A stretch of 64,000 nt of DNA from Paragordius varius (GCA_964247055.1 OZ176050.1:13082001-13146000), one strand, 5' to 3'; counted from the first letter of the stretch, positions 23,449 through 54,436 are shown. Made by a program: numbers and translations. Notes: generated by a model not told the origin, from the letters alone.

Positions 23449-25872
23449 AGTCAATTGCTGAATATTTAAAAAAATAACTATTGTATTGCCTAATTTGTCA
23501 AATTCTAAACTACGATAATAAATAAATATTTTTTGTTATACATATTAATAGATTTATATATATATATATATGAGAGTTTTTTAAGGTTATTCACAATAAT
23601 AACATAATCGGAACCTAGATTAATATTCGGGAAATAATTTTTATGTAATTACTGGAATTACTGGTCCATATTTTATAAAAATTAAATTTTATAAATAATT
23701 TTAAAATGAATTATTAATAATTATTGTTATCAAAATATAATAATATTATAAACTCTGGATGTTATATATAGAATATTTAAAAAAATATATATAATAATTC
23801 CTTCAGCTATTAACTATTTCTAGTTATTAAAATTAATATTGAAATAATATAAATTATGACTTGATTTTCAAATGCTGTATAATATCAAATCTTTTGAACA
23901 TTTAGCTAAAAACACTTCTAAATATTTGAGCATTTTAAATTAATAAAAAGGTAAGAGTTTTTTTTTGCAAAAATATGATTATCACATTATAATATTGGAT
24001 TTAAAAATCCTCTATTTTTAACATTTCCTAATTTGCCCAATCATTGAATACTTTGATTCAATTTGGGGTATCTAAATACCTCAGACTAAATTTGAGTTAG
24101 GATTTTTTAAAAACTACTGAAGGAAACGGTCGCAATTTAAATTTATGCTTCTATCCTAATAAAAATTATATAAATATGCCAAAATATCTAAATTTTGTTT
24201 TGAAAAAAAAGTTCCATGTCCTACTTCGACGCTATTTTTATTTTACAATATTTTTGCAAAATATCGTCCTCATTTAATTTTAAGGGTAAAACTAAAGCTA
24301 TTTTTTATTTAAATTACATCTAACTTTGATATAAATAGAAAAAGCGGTTTATTCCGTAGTATTTTACAATTTTACCATTCCACACATGTCACGTTACGAA
24401 ATTTCTACCTCTCAGTTTTAGCTAAAAATAAGTAATGTTAAGTATTTTTAAATAAATTTTTTTATATATTTCGGTTTATTAATGTTATATAAGTGCACAA
24501 TTTTGCCATGGTTTCAATTAATTCCATATTAATTTAATTTTAAACAAGCCTGGGGTATTTAACTACCCCAATTTGAATCGAAGGACTAAAATGAATCTAT
24601 TGTATTCAAGTGTTCAATAGTACCCAAATAATCCACTGAAATATATATCTCATTTTAAAATCGATAAACGGCTGTTAAAATCCAATCAAAAGTATTTTAT
24701 ATATTTTAACAGTTATTTTAACGTTTTTTTGCAAAAGGGCAGGAAATATTTGATACAATTATACATATATTAAAATATGTTTTTTAATAATGCGTTTGAA
24801 AGGCCATAAAATACTAACATGTTAGCGTATTTATATTTTTCAAATCACTCTGGAAAAAATACCCAAAACTTAATAAAGTGTTATGTAAATTATTTATATT
24901 GCTTGTATAGCCATTCAGGTACATTGGTCAAAAAATAATTAAATTTTGTAAAATACACACAAAATTCGCCAAATATTAAGATATTTTAATAAATCCCTAA
25001 AAACTCTCACTTTAATATATTTATGATTGAAAATAAAAATTATTTTTAAACCATATCCAGCAAAATATATTACGCAGGTTGATTTAATTTTTTGAAACTA
25101 TTTAAATTATAAATTGAAGTTTCAAACTGTCAATACATTAGTCGTTTTTATTTTTTATTATTTTGATACACAGGCCCGGACATATAAACTATCTAATTTT
25201 GTGTCAAAGGACATTTAAATTTTATATTATAAAATATTTTGATAACATAATTTTTTTTAATTATTGATTTTACCAGTTTTTTTAAATTAATTTTGACTTC
25301 ATTTAATCTAACTTTATAAATAAAGCTGTTTATCTTTTATCTAATAAGATTGTTATAATACGTTTATAATACCTTTTAATGCCCCAATACTCCTTAAAAA
25401 CTAAAAAAAAATCTTCACATTAGAAATCCCACAAAAATATTGACTGTAAAAAGTTTTAATATTTTAAACTATTTTGTAAAATATATATGCCCATAGCATA
25501 TTTTAATTAAACCCCAATTAGAGGTATTTTTGTTTCATCAAATAAATGCCCTAAATAAAAAAGCAATAAATGAACATAAATTTCACAAATTATTAACTGG
25601 TGCAATATGATAAACGATGCGGTATTTTCAATTTCGCATATAAATTCTCTTGCTTTTTCACAAGTTTTGTATTGGAGAGACGATATTATAATATTCTTGA
25701 AACATTTAAGAATTATTATAATGGTATGTTATTTATAATATTTTTCAAGAAATTATGCCTGAAACCATGCAGCAAAACCATAGGACCTATCTTAATGACA
25801 TTTAACATATTTATACAGCTAAAAAAATCACCAGAATCCAAAGTTTTTTTTGTTATAAAATATAGAGTTTAG

Positions 25873-28800
25873 ATTTACCTCTCATAGATCGAATGTTAAC
25901 TTCCAAAGATTTTTGTGTTTTGGATAATACTTTATTAAAATTTGTGTACGGAAAAGTTGACAATATGTAAATTATATTATCTATTTTTTAGACCAATTTT
26001 TATTACTGAAACTGTAATCTATAAGCTAGATGCATATGTTTTGAACTATGGAACTCTCAAAGCAGATAAGGTAAGTTTTCATAATAGATTTGAATTCTTA
26101 TTTTTTATAACTGATGTTTATTTAATCCAAATAAAATTTTTAATCAGTTTTTAAATATAAAATAAATGACTAAGGTTTTTTATGGTTAAAGCGCAAATTT
26201 TGTCTTTTTATCTGCAAAAATCTTAATATATTTCTCTCTATAATTTCTTTTCAAATATTTTTCTCCTTTATAGATTTTTGAATTTTCCATCAAAGAACAT
26301 TTACCCAAATCATCATCATCATTGCTAATAAAAACGTTACAAGTTTTATCGGCAAACAAACATTTTAATTCCGAACACGATGTCGGTTTAATCAATATGG
26401 TCAACATTGTAGTTCAACGATATAATGATATATATACTGGTAAAATGTTAAAAAATTTTTTTTCTTAATACAATTCGAATTGTAAAAAGACTTACTGTAA
26501 TAACAAATGGCATTTACTAATGCAGAAAACACCATATTATTGGTTATAACGTTATGGTTAATAGAGTGTATGTAAAGATTTGCAAGAAAATATTATTTTA
26601 ATCATCTTTTACTCATTAAATTGTCCATATTTAAAACAAAAACATAAAAAAATTTATTCATTTCACTTTGTTTTCCTCAATTTTAACCTATTAAAAGACC
26701 CACATAACAACCAATAATTGTTGGTATCTCATATATTTTTGCAGATGATGAAATTGTAAAAGGTTATCAAGGGTATATTTAAAAATTTTGGTGATTTTTT
26801 ACATGGCAGATCATAGGTTTTCATTTTTGAAATTATTATCACTAAATACTGTTTAACGCAGAGTTAAAATGTGATTTTGTTTGGAGCCCCTATAAATAAA
26901 AAATGTTACAGATCAATCTTACTAAATAAGTGTTAAAAGCAATTAAATATTTGAGAATTTGAGTTAAATTTGTTTTTTTTTTTTGAAAATTAAATTTAAT
27001 TATAATTGGTTAAAAATTCACAATAAATAATTATATAGATCATTTAAACTTCAGGTCAATTCATCTTTATTTTAATATATCACTTTGCGAATAAATTTAT
27101 TTATAGCAAATAAATCATTTTATTATATAGCAATGTGTTGGATAACTCAATGTGGTCAGTATACACCCTATTTTGTTACTATTACTGCCAGTGGTCACAT
27201 ATATATTTGGGAATTTCAAATCACCAAGCTCAATGAAACACATCAAATAAATGGGGGACAGGAAGAAAAAACGATAGGTGACAAAAATTGCGACGACCAC
27301 AGGATAAAAATTACACCATATTTGGGATTTATGCACGTTGCACCTTACAAATGTAATTCCGTTCATTTGGAGTTTTTGGAAAATAATGTTGCGGCGATCA
27401 ATAACGGTATTATATAATTAGTTTTTGTACATGCATTTTTTAATATTAGTAAAATTGATGTATGTTTTTTAATATTGCTCTGTTTTCCATTTTAGTCAAA
27501 TTTTTGTTTTTCATAAATATGATTTAAACTGAAACTTGACAATTTTTCACGTCCTCAAACATAAAATCCTTTATTTAATTATTTAAAATTAAAAAAGTTT
27601 TTATACATCAATTTTATGAGTTGTATATTATATTTTATGTGATTAAAATGTAGAACATATCATGTTTGGACTATTTTCCTGCATGTATGGTAATGTTTAT
27701 GCCGGCTTGTGGAGTTTACCAGTGAGAATTGGTATTTTTAACTTTATATGATATTTTAATTCGAATTTTGAATAAAAAATTTATCATGCGATCTCATATC
27801 TATAAATAGTTGTTTAAACAAATTTTTTTCATACATATAAAACAAAATGTAAACTTATTTAAAATTAGATAGGTAAAAATTACTTTTTATATTATATAAA
27901 TATTTTATGACATTTCTAAGATAGGAACCCAAAAGTTGCGGAAATCGTGCCCGAACAAAAGTTTAATTTGATTGAAAATGTGCCCAATTGCTATAGTCAA
28001 TGTCTGCTCTTTCAAACAGATGATATGATGCCTGCTGATAATTTTATTGTCAAAAGGATTCAAGTGAATTTTTTGGCTTTAATTTATGAATTAGTTATAT
28101 TATTTGTAATTTAATTTTCTGATAAAATTTTTTTGATAGTTTTAGGAAAATATGATGAATCTCATTTTTTAAAAGGGAAATTATGGTTATTAGATTTTTA
28201 ATTTTTAAATCAATTTTCTAAAAAACTCAAATTTTTTTAACAAAATCATTCGAGATTTTCGTTGAAAGAAACAGGTCAAATTAATAGGGATATATTGTGT
28301 TTATTAATTGATATTTTCATTAATTGCGCTGGTGTTTTGAGCATTTTAGTTTGATTTTAATTTGGATCTAGTCAAATCACATAATTGTTGCTCTTCTATA
28401 ATAGTTTGAATTTTTCAAGTTATATAAGAATGTGATTTTATATCAATTTTTTATTTTGTCATAGCTTTATATGACAAAATCCGATAAAAGTCATTGAAAT
28501 CAATATGATTAAAAATTTATTATTTTCATCGATATTTAGAGTTTTTACAAAACCCCACATCATCTTTACCTAATATTTTTTTGTAAATCTGGTCATGCAT
28601 TCTTTTACATTCTCAAACTGGACCCTAATTTACGCAATGGTGAAAGAACTGAAAATTTGGATATGAAAGATAAAAATCTCACAAGTTGCAATAATAAAGA
28701 AAAAATCATCATACTTAATCAGTTGTATGTCCCTATGTTGAATAAAGCCAATATTACCGGTATAATTAATTTTTAAACGTAAATATTAGGCATTTTTTTG

Positions 28801-31566
28801 GAATTTTAGATATTTTTTGCTTCTTGTAATATAAAAATATAAAGCGCAAAAAAATAATGATTTGAAAAAACACTTTCGAAAAAATTGATTATATTGACCG
28901 TTTCAATATTTTTAATCATTTATATTATTATAATATTTTAATACTGTTAACTGATAAATGACTAATATTTTCAAGGTTACATTTGTGCATTTTAACTGTG
29001 TTTTTCTCAATAAATTAAGAGTTAAATTTGTTAAAACACTTAATATATATCACACTATCAAAAATATTCTTATTTTAGGGTTGAGCTTAGTATCCGAAAG
29101 TCCGTGTGATGATAATGTTAAAAATTGGGAATTACAATTTGATAAAATTTACAGTTTATATCTCAGTTCTCAGGATGGTGTTTTACAGACCCTTAAATTT
29201 AAATTATCCATCGAAAAAAATAGTAATGTAATAACTTTTTTCAGCATAACCATTGTTGAATTTTATATTTTTCAATTCTGTATTTTATATATGAATAGAA
29301 CAAAATTAATATTAACATAATTCAAAATCCTACTCAAATTGATGTGAAGCACACTTGGACAAAATCTGAAAAAGAAATGAAATCGGCATTTTTCAAAGGT
29401 CGCAATACCCAAGATCTAAATGGTAAAAATATAGATTAAAAAGCTATATAATTATTACATTTTTTTAAAATTATAATATTTTTTATGGAAAATAATAATA
29501 ATTATTATTAGCGTTTATTCAAAATTTATATTTTTTTACAAAAATTTCATGATTTCTGGAAATATTGCGAAAACTAATCTAGATGCTGAAATTAATCGAA
29601 TACTTACCCCTTATGAAACGAATGTTGTCTCCTATAGAGGCATGAGTATATCAACTCAAAATGCTGCATGCATGGCTCTTTGTTACAGGTGGTTAAATTT
29701 AAATTTTTTAATTTTTTTAAAAAATATAAAAAATTATATTCTATATTTGAAAGCATAAATATTTAAAAAAAGAAAATTTTTTTTATATATTTTTTAAAGT
29801 AGCTATGCCTAAAATGTTTGTCCTAAGGACGTCTAAGTTTGGTTTTAAAAATAGAATGCATTAGTATTTTACAATATCATTTGACCAGAAAATAAAAAAA
29901 TTTAAATATATAAAAATGGGTAAAACAATTCATGGAATAATATTTTGACTGGCTAGTATAATTTTTTAAACAATCACATATCTGAGAATAAATTTATCTA
30001 GTATATGTGAGCTTTTTTTATTTTTATGTATATTATTTCTTTTATATTTTTGATTGAGAAATGTTTAATTAACAATGTGTTTTATCTCGAATTAATTATT
30101 CTACTCAGCTCCACGATATTTTACCATTACCGTAATAATATCAATATTATCATAGGATTTGCAAAATGAATTTTATTTTTACATGCGTACCTGTAGCCCA
30201 AATATCTATTTTGAATACAAAAGCATACCACAACCTATAAAGTTGGCTTTTTATCCCCTCACTCATAAAATTGATACGGTGTTTGATTGTTTTATAAACT
30301 CCCAAAGTAATTCATTATATTAATACATTGTTTGTAAAATCTATTTTATTTTATATATATATATATATATACGGGATAAATTGGCTAAAAACTAAAATAA
30401 CACTTTTTTATCTAAAATGAATTGGTATTTTTTATACAAATTTGATATCAATGCTTAAAAATTTTTGTATTCAATACGCGGCCCTTTGAGACTCTTCATT
30501 AGTAAGGCCCACAAAAAATTTGAATTCCAAAATTTCCAAAAATATCCTCACAAAAAATTTTTTAAATTGATATTTTTTAAACAATTATTTCTCGATAAGT
30601 CTATTTAAATAGTAAGAAAACTCGAAAAAATTGTTATTTATAGGATTATTTTTTATTATATTAAATCAAAAAAAACTTAGATCTAAATCTCAAATCTTTA
30701 TGTTGCCATTTGTTTTTTAGAACCGTTGTATAAATGCCTTGATTTTGCCCTTATCATACAATCCTTAACATACAATGATTTCCTACATTACTTCAAACTT
30801 ATTCAACTGAATTTTGAGCTAATCAATGATGATTTACACAAGGACGCTTTTTTCACCCTTGACAATGATGATTTGAAATTAAAGAAATATTTGTAATAAT
30901 TTTTTCTTACGCTAGATATTTTAATTACATTTTTCGATGGAAAATTTAAAATATTATGCCATATATTTCTATTAGTTTGGCTTTGAAATACATACTTATT
31001 TGTATCATGAAGGATTGAATATTATACATATATTATTGGATTTTTTTATTTTTACCATTTCCTATTATAAAAAATTGAACCATAATCATAATTATTATCG
31101 AAAAAATGGGTGTTTATAAAAAAATACTTATAAACGAGTTTTAGTTCAATAATTAATTGTTTTATATATTAAGATATTACAAACAGCCAGGATTTTTGCA
31201 AATTTAAAATGTAATTCTCAAAATAATACATTATTACTTTCTTTACATTTTTTTTAATTTTTTTATTTTTAAATATCATGCTATATCTTATAAAAAAAAT
31301 TAAAGTAAGACGTGATATTCGAAAGGTTGCTTAATTCATTTAATCGGTTCAAAATGCTAATTTATTGTTTGCACATCGTTTAATTTTGTAAGTAAAATAT
31401 AAATATTAAAATATTTTTTAGATTTTTTGAATAATTTTTTAACTTGGTCTTTTATTTGCATAGATATTTGTTGGAAATATTATTAGCGAAAGATTGCACT
31501 TTACCTATTACTCTATGTCCAAAGGAACAAATTGAAGCTCTTAAACTCATACTTCCTAATACCAAG

Positions 31567-31597
<31 letters not shown>

Positions 31598-32688
31598 ATA
31601 TTATTACACGGCAACATTTTTGAAAAATCACAATTTTAACCTTTATTTTTTTAATAAGACCTATCTAGGTATATAAATAAATATCGATTATAATTATTTA
31701 ATAAGTGAACATCATAGGCTAAAAATATTGGTGTTTTATAAAATTTATTACAGAAATTTTTTAAGGGAGAAAATTATATTTTATACCTCGATTTTTAATA
31801 TGATCCATCGTTTCAGGAAAATAGAATAGAGAGGTAAATTGGTACTAGCCTTCAATTTTATAAACATATAGTTTTAGTCAAAAAAATTGATTCATATGTA
31901 TTATAATCATATTAATTTTAATTTCTATTATACTTTTGATTTTAGTAATTTTTTGGCGTGATTTAGAAAGCATTTTATTGGTAATATTATTTATATTTTT
32001 TTTGTTTTGGACAGATTGGATGATGATAAATTGTTGCTACAAGATTTAGTATCCCAAATCCGAGAATCAATTTCACTTAAATTATTTTCTCAAAGGGTCA
32101 TCCATTTTATGGAACTATTGAGGTATATTTTATACATATTATTATAATTAAAACGTGCAAAAAAACAGTAAAAATTGATTATTTTTTAAGGTACAGTATG
32201 CATTTTAATGGTTGCTAATTTCACGCTATAAAAAGTAGGGCGATTTGCAAAACACAGTAGTGTATGGAAAAAAACAACGGAATGTTGAATAATAAACAAT
32301 TATTTCCTTTCTTTTTTCCATACACTCCTGTGTTGCAAATTACCCTACTATAGTGTAAAATACAACCATCAAAATGCACACTATATATATAAAATCTATG
32401 ATTAATATTCTACAAATACGTATCTAAAAAAATTGAAAGATTTTATACTTCTTTTATTGTTTTAACCAAGGCTTCTCCAACCGGTTCCTGTTAAAATTAA
32501 AAATCTTATAATAATATTGTTTTATATATATTTATATAGTGATGTGCTAAATAATTCAATAAATGATGTTGGCCAATCCCAAAATCTTAAGTCTATTTTG
32601 GAGTGTCTATATAAAATCTTTCCATTCATATTTCAACCATCAATGTGTTCCAATATCTTTCATCGTTACTCCAAAGTAGATATTATAT

Positions 32689-32733
<45 letters not shown>

Positions 32734-35388
32734 TATCATGCGCTAAAATTATTGATTATCAATTATCTGTTTTGGGAGAATATCTTTAAAACAATTATTT
32801 TTGTAAATATGTTAGGGGGATTTGTATAAGTATTTAGTTATCAAATTTTTTCAAGTATTTGAATTCAATAATTATAATTTCCAAATCCTTTCGTTTTTAA
32901 CGAATTTTTTTATATCTTTGCTCAACTATTTTATAATTCTTATAATTAATTCATATTTTGCCTTTAATTGTATTGTACGAATTTTGCATTTCCCTTTTTA
33001 TCACTGCCTAGTATGTAATACTTTTATAGACTTTGGCCACCTTTTTATTATAATATAATTAACTTTAATCCTTTCAAATGATATATCATTATATTGAACA
33101 TCTTGCAACTAATCGACAAACAGTTAATGATATGTGATCATTCTTGAAAAACAATTCAACTATTTGACACCTTATTCATCAAAAAAAAATTAAGAAAATA
33201 CCAGAGATTTTAAAAAGTATTTTAAATAGTTCATACACAAATAAAAGAGTAAATGCAGAATCATAAGGAATCGTTATAAAAATAATTAGTAAATATGTCA
33301 AACCATGGCGTATTTAACATTAATTTTAAAAGGTGGAAAGTTGAGTTTAGATATTGTGTTTGTAGAATATTAATATTACATTGATTGAAAATAGAGAATT
33401 TTTGCATAATTTTGTTAAAATTTTTAAATGTATAAACAAAAAATAATTTTTTTAATTTAACGATAAATAGACAGATGAATTGGCCAAATACATGAAATTG
33501 TATGAAGCGTTTAATAATAAATTTAAACTCAAGGAAACAGAACACTTACCAAAAATTGATGAAACCATATCCGATACAATTAAAGATCTTAGTACATGTC
33601 CATACTGTTTACAAGGTATTAATATGCAAGAATATTCATTTAATAGTAACCCGATTTTATACATATTGGTTTAATTATTAAGCTCAGATATAAAAATATT
33701 TAATATACAGTATGCACATATATGGTCGCTTATTCACAATATAGTTGATTAATTTCCAGGACAGTAATGTGTGGAAAAAAACGACAAAATGTCCAAATTA
33801 AACAATTATTTCCCATCTTACATTATTATCTTTATATTATTATGGACAAAATTTGTTTATTAGTACACGTTACTGTATCATAAATTGACCAACAATAATG
33901 AAAATAAGCCATTATAAAATGTGCATACTGTATTTAATATATATATATACCATTTACAATTCAAATTCACCCTAAAAATAAATTATGTGTTTTCGAGCTA
34001 ATATAACTCATTATTAATATGAAATATATATTTATGGAGTTTATTATTTTTTCAATATTATTTAAATTTAAAACATAATTTTATTTATATATAAAAATAT
34101 AGGAAATTTTAATTTTAAAAAAAACATAATTTATTTGAGGGTGAATTTAAATTGTTCAAGGGTAAATTTGAATTGCTTAAGGGTGAATTCGAATTGTAAA
34201 TGGTATATATATATATATATATATTCTATAGAAACACAATTTAACAGCCTGTACGAATTGAAATGTCACAATGGACATACTATTGGTATATATTCACAAT
34301 TTTTTGAAGAATCATCGAATTTTAACGTAATTTCGACTTGAATTTAAATAGATAATTAATCAAATTCGTAATATCGGAGAACATTAAAATAGATTAGACG
34401 AGACAAACATTGATGTTAAATTTCATTCATATACAAAAAATATGTATATTTGTAATATGTATTATTTTGTAGTACGTTGCCCTTATACCCTGAAACCATG
34501 CGAAAGTTTACCAACCTTCATTTGTGACACTTGTAATACACAGGCTCACGTATCTATAATAGGTAAATTTTTTAAAATTATTGATTAATCTTTAATATAC
34601 CATTTACAGTTCAAATTCATCCTTAAACAATTCTAATTCACCCCAAAAATTAAATATGTGTTTTTTAGGAAAATACCTATATTTTTTTGATATTTTAAAA
34701 AAAATAAAACTTTTTCTAAAATTAATATAATACTGAAAAACTAATAAACTATGCCATAAAGATATGTTACGTATGAATGATGAGTTATATTAGCCCGAAA
34801 ACACATAAATTATTTTTGGGGGGAATTCGAATTGTTCAAGAGTCAATTTGAATTGTAAATGGTATATATTTTTCAGTTATAAATCGGTTTTTATATTTTA
34901 TTTTTAGATGGTTTGTTAATTTTTAAAATTTTCTAGAGTGAATATAAATATTTATAAAGTAATTTTGAAAATATTTTAAAAGTCATCCGTGAATTATGAT
35001 GCAAATTTACACCGCTTTACCTAAATATATTGATATTTTAATTATAGCCTTAAGTGATTTACTCGATAAAAAAACTTATTTTCAAGAAAACTAATGTTAA
35101 CTTTTCCGTTATTTAAAAAATTTTAAGCCATAATTTTTTAACCCTTTGTTTTCCTCGGTTTTTTATTTTTTCATAATTTGTAATTAATAAATCATTAAAG
35201 ATTTATGGGCACCAACATTAAAACCTCTACGAGATGTTTTAATTCCAGTTCCAAATGCAGAAAAAATTGAATCAAAAAATTCTAATTATAATGTTCAAGG
35301 GTCTAATGATTTAACTTTACCTTGTTTATACTGTGGTTCCAATTTTAGGTATGCCGATATGCATGAAATCGCACCTCTATTTTTATAA
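25873..35388 (+). CDS. GTF3C4: General transcription factor 3C polypeptide 4-like (TFIIIC90/tau60), multi-exon; 5' end not resolved
   Basis: Phase-compatible exons (e.g. 26274-26439, ~27131-27409, ~27654-27733, ~27921-28064, 28540-~28759, ~29079-29229, ~29583-29688) encode WD-like segments (LYLSSQDGVL; YRGMSIS). The 3' exons encode the TFIIIC Cys-rich finger CPYC...CHNGH.IVRCPYT..PC...CDTC...CLYCG. Start codon and some middle exons not determined. Confidence 0.75.
32194..32383. mobile_element. MITE family C (CAGTA(T/G)GCATTTT..ATGGTTG TIR, TA flanks)
   Basis: TIRs pair; homologous to 56968-57150 and to a disrupted copy near 33705-33935. Confidence 0.7.
33950..34203. mobile_element. MITE family A
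   Basis: CCATTTACAATTCAAATTCACCC ... GGGTGAATTCGAATTGTAAATGG, TA flanks. Confidence 0.8.
34600..34862. mobile_element. MITE family A
   Basis: Same TIRs and TA flanks. Confidence 0.8.
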
Positions 35389-36310
35389 AATTCATTTTAC
35401 AAAATATATATATTATAATATTTAATAAATTTTATATATATATATTATAATTTTTAATAAATTTTCTAAATATATTATAATTTTTTATGTGTATATATTT
35501 ATTTAAATAAAAAAAATGTTAAGTACACACCTCCATTTTTTGACATTTGAAAAAAAAATATTTCACATAATGCAAAAAATTTGGATGTTGTTCTAGATAT
35601 ATGATATTTAAATGAAAATGGCTTTCTTTGTCTTACACATATTTGAAACTATTTTTCAACATTCGTAAAATATTTTTTGAATCTATTTTAAGTAACAAAT
35701 ATATGCGTATATGATAAGTGTAGATAATTAGCACAACAGGTAAGTTTAAGATTTTATATTATATATATAGCTTTAAGGTATACAACTAACTCTGCTAAAA
35801 ACATGAAAATAAAAATTCCCTATCTTATATTTATGATTAATGAAATTTGAAAACTGTAAAACATTCAACAAATTTGAGAATATTTTTTTGTTAAATTATG
35901 CTACAAAAAAAGGTGTGTCGCAAATTCCGAGAAATCGCGTGATATGTAGGCGTGTCCCTTTTTTTCTTATAAAATTTAAACTTTTTTATATATGACAAAA
36001 CAAATTTAAGTTGTAAATTTTGGATATATATATAATTTTTCTCGAATATTTAGATTAGGTGACTATCGAATTTAAGATGTAGGCAGCTGTATCTCTTTTT
36101 ATTTTAATGAATATTTTTAGATAATTTTTTTAACATGTATATAACAGGAATATATATATATATATATATAAACTCACGACGGTGTCACGCGGACTGTTCA
36201 AAATAATATATAATTGATAATTATACCACATGACTGAGTTCCAATAAAATATTCTAATTTTATATTCTTTTTTATAAATTGTTTTTCAAACGTTAATAAT
36301 TTATATAAAG

Positions 36311-38271
36311 CAGTGGTCCAAAAGGGGGGTGCGAAAAATGTGGACAAAAAATCAGAAACGAATTGAAGAATTTCAAGTGCAAATTATCAAGATTTGTCAC
36401 CGATATGGAAAAAATATTTCAATAAGTCAGGATTGATATTTTTATAATATTACTAGCTGGTCCTGTCACGCTTCGCTGTGACGTAGTCTCACCGATAATT
36501 ATTCGTATTAATTGGCAATAAATAGAGGACATGGAGAGATAAAAATTATAAAAAACATATTTTATACTATTACGGGTTTTTGCATAGGCTTAAATATTGT
36601 TCACTCGAAATCGACCATATATAAACTGTCCCTTATTAAAGGTAATATTCAACTATCATTGGATTTATTTTTTAAGATATTCGTTTTACGAAATCATGGT
36701 TAAAAGTTTTATTTTGAAATTGTGTTTACACAGTTGGGATCAAGGAATATAAAAGGTATATCATTTGTGGTCCATTTTTAAAGGAAAAAATGATATTATA
36801 CACCTTCCCCAGAAATGTGTTTAACTGAATTATTATGGTTTTTTAAGTTTTGAAATTTAGCTTCAAAACTATGCCATTTTTTTATGGCGTCTCGGTTTTA
36901 AACCGGTAGACCCCTACCAATAGATCTTTATGGAAAAAGCGCTGAGTTAAATTCTTTGCCTTTATAGGGCAAATATTTGGAATCATCTTTGATACCATTG
37001 TCTCATGAGTTATCCGAAAAAATACCTCAATACTACATAATCGTTATATGATGGCGTATTTTTAGGGCAAGGCCCCAAATTAACGGCTAATAAAAAAACT
37101 CCTGGCCTTTTTTACCTAGTTAAGGGGTAATATTTCAAGCTTTTAATGAGCTCATATGGCATTTTCTGTAAATTAGCTCCAACGCGATTTCTCAGTTTTT
37201 GGCGGGTAGCTCCTAACCCAGGGCCAGGTAAAGCACTGGGCAAAATTTTTGCTTTATATGGGGCATATCTGGAATTATGTTCCTATCATATTCATAGGTT
37301 TTCTGGAATTCGGCTCCAAAGGCATGCTGTATCGATATGGTGACGCAGTTTTACGCGGGTAGCCCCCTAACCAGGGGCGAAATAAAAAAGCGCTCGATTA
37401 AAATTTTAGCCTTAATTCGGGTAATATCTGGAACCATGATTGATTCTATATGCTCTCGTGGGATTTTCGAAAAATTGCCTCAAAACCAAAAAGTCACTCT
37501 ATGGTAGCGCATTTCAAGGGCCTAATTAAAGTGTAATTTAATAAAACCTTACGACCTAAATATTTGCCTTGTTACGGGTAACATTTTAAGCACCTATTGA
37601 ACTCATGTGGCTTGATAAGTTTTTTAAAAATTGCCTCCAACAAGCTGTATTGATATGGTGGAGGAGTTGTAGGCGGGTTACCCCTATCTAGAGGCCATTA
37701 TAAAAAGAAGTTCGATAAAAAAATTTTCATTATAGGGGAATATCTGGAATCCTCATTAAATTTTTACCGTCTCATACCCTGGGCGAAAATAGATTAAAAA
37801 AATTTTTGTGGACTTAGTTTTCTTGAAAAAAATGGCATTTTACGGGGGGAGCGGGTAAAAAGAAGGCCTAAATTAAAAAAGCGAGCCGACTATGTTTAAC
37901 ACAATCGAAAATAAGTAAAAAAATATATTTGAAATCGATTAGTCCAACACGTTTTCTGCATTGTCTAAAAACACGATTTTTGTGGACTTCTTTTTAAAAA
38001 AAACATATTTTAACACGGGGTGGGCCCGAACTGGGGGCCTAATTCAAAAAAAGCGCGATTCTATTGTCGGGGCATTCATTATGATTATATTTTTTTCGAC
38101 ATTTGGATTTGAATGGGTCTACCGGTTTTCCTGTACCAGATCACAAAGCCAGCATTTTCTAATTTTATAAATATATAGATAATATATATCTTGGATTTTT
38201 TTAATATGGGGCGCAAGAATTTTTATTTTCAATTTTGTGGGGCGTGAACAAAAAAAGGTTGGGAACCACTG
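36311..38271. mobile_element. hAT-like non-autonomous element ends (host of the Helitron insertion)
   Basis: CAGTGGTCC at the left and GGTTGGGAACCACTG at the right; no clean 8-bp TSD. Confidence 0.45.
36453..38179 (-). mobile_element. Non-autonomous Helitron with internal ~150-170 bp tandem units
   Basis: Minus strand begins A|TCTATATATTTATAAAA and ends hairpin GTCACAGCGAAGCGTGAC ... CTAG|T. Degenerate tandem units at ~36870-37760. The 5' ~430 bp is shared with 44195-44620. Confidence 0.8.
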
Positions 38272-39335
38272 TGGTTTAAAGTGTTACTCTATGATTTATA
38301 CCGCACTCATAAACAATGAATTAATTGGTAAATTAATTTGGTATTTCCAAATCTAAAATAGCTATCGGAGTTGTACCATATAACTTTAATTAGTGTTATG
38401 CATTTTAAGTTACTCTATTTTCTATAAGGTTAGGAATTTAAGAATTTAAACGTAGAGGTAAGGTCCGAAAGCTTAATAATCTTGATATGCCTTGGTCCTT
38501 ACAGGGAGCTTGAATTGTAACTTACACCCATAAATGGTCGATTAATAATAGCTTATTCGAATTTTCTGTATTCATTTAAATTAATTAAAATTTAATTTTA
38601 GTTAACAATTATAAGTCAATGAATGCCAAACATAATTTAAATGTAAGTAAAAATCAAAAACTTGTAATGCTGCACACCTTAATCAGCTAATATTAAAAAT
38701 ATGCATTGTACATGATTTTTTTTAATTTAATTAATTACGTGTTTTAAAGTATTATTGAATTACAACTACATTATAAATTTGCCCTTGATTTATTTCATAA
38801 TAATTATTAATTTTTATGAAATTTAAATTAATATTTAAATATATGCATACACAATTCAAATTAAGCCATTTGATTACGCTTTCGGCCAAATTCCCATTAG
38901 AAAATGTGCCAAAAAATTAAAATGCTTAGTCATGATTTATAAAGCACACCTCAACCCGCAATATATTATCAATGTATTATTTAATAACATAAAATCTTTT
39001 TTTGCAATTTTGCATTAAACAATTAATCAACAAAAATTGAGAATATACAAAAACACACAGCTATAACTGTTCTAAATTTGCTATATAAATTCTGTTTTTT
39101 TATTTTTCATAATAAAATAAAATATATTTAAACTAACCACTCTGTATTACAGCCAAAAAAACCTTCAAAAATATTACATTCCTCTTTTTTTATCAATAAT
39201 TTTTTTAATATTTTTGCCATATACACACCTACCTACCTTGCTACATATATTTATGCGATTGCAATAAAAATATTTATTTGTTTCATAAATACATAAAAAA
39301 AGCACATCTCACTTTTATTTTTCGCATTTTTTTAA

Positions 39336-54161
<14,826 letters not shown>

Positions 54162-54400
54162 GATCAAAATTGCAAAAAATCTCAACAAATTTTTAATTTA
54201 CACATTTTTTAAATATCTCCTAGTCATAATCTCAATAGGTGCAAAAAACATTTTTAAATTGATATAAATATTTTTATGTATATTTTTGAATTTTAATTAA
54301 CCAATAATTTTTTGCTCATAACTTCAACTTAAATTTTTAGTAAATATATATAGAATATGTATTGCTCCATAATGTGATAAATATTACACAATATGCTCAT

Positions 54401-54436
<36 letters not shown>

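Noticed and set aside
24620-24918. Possible 5' exons of GTF3C4, including an 8-nt micro-exon at ~24911-24918
   Set aside because: Phases can be made compatible but I found no start codon or recognisable homology, so they are left unannotated.
28239-29545. Possible AT-AC (U12) introns in GTF3C4, suggested by TTTTAC|AAA boundaries at ~28241 and ~29539
   Set aside because: No ATATCC donors; ordinary phase-compatible AG acceptors exist at 28539 and 29582.
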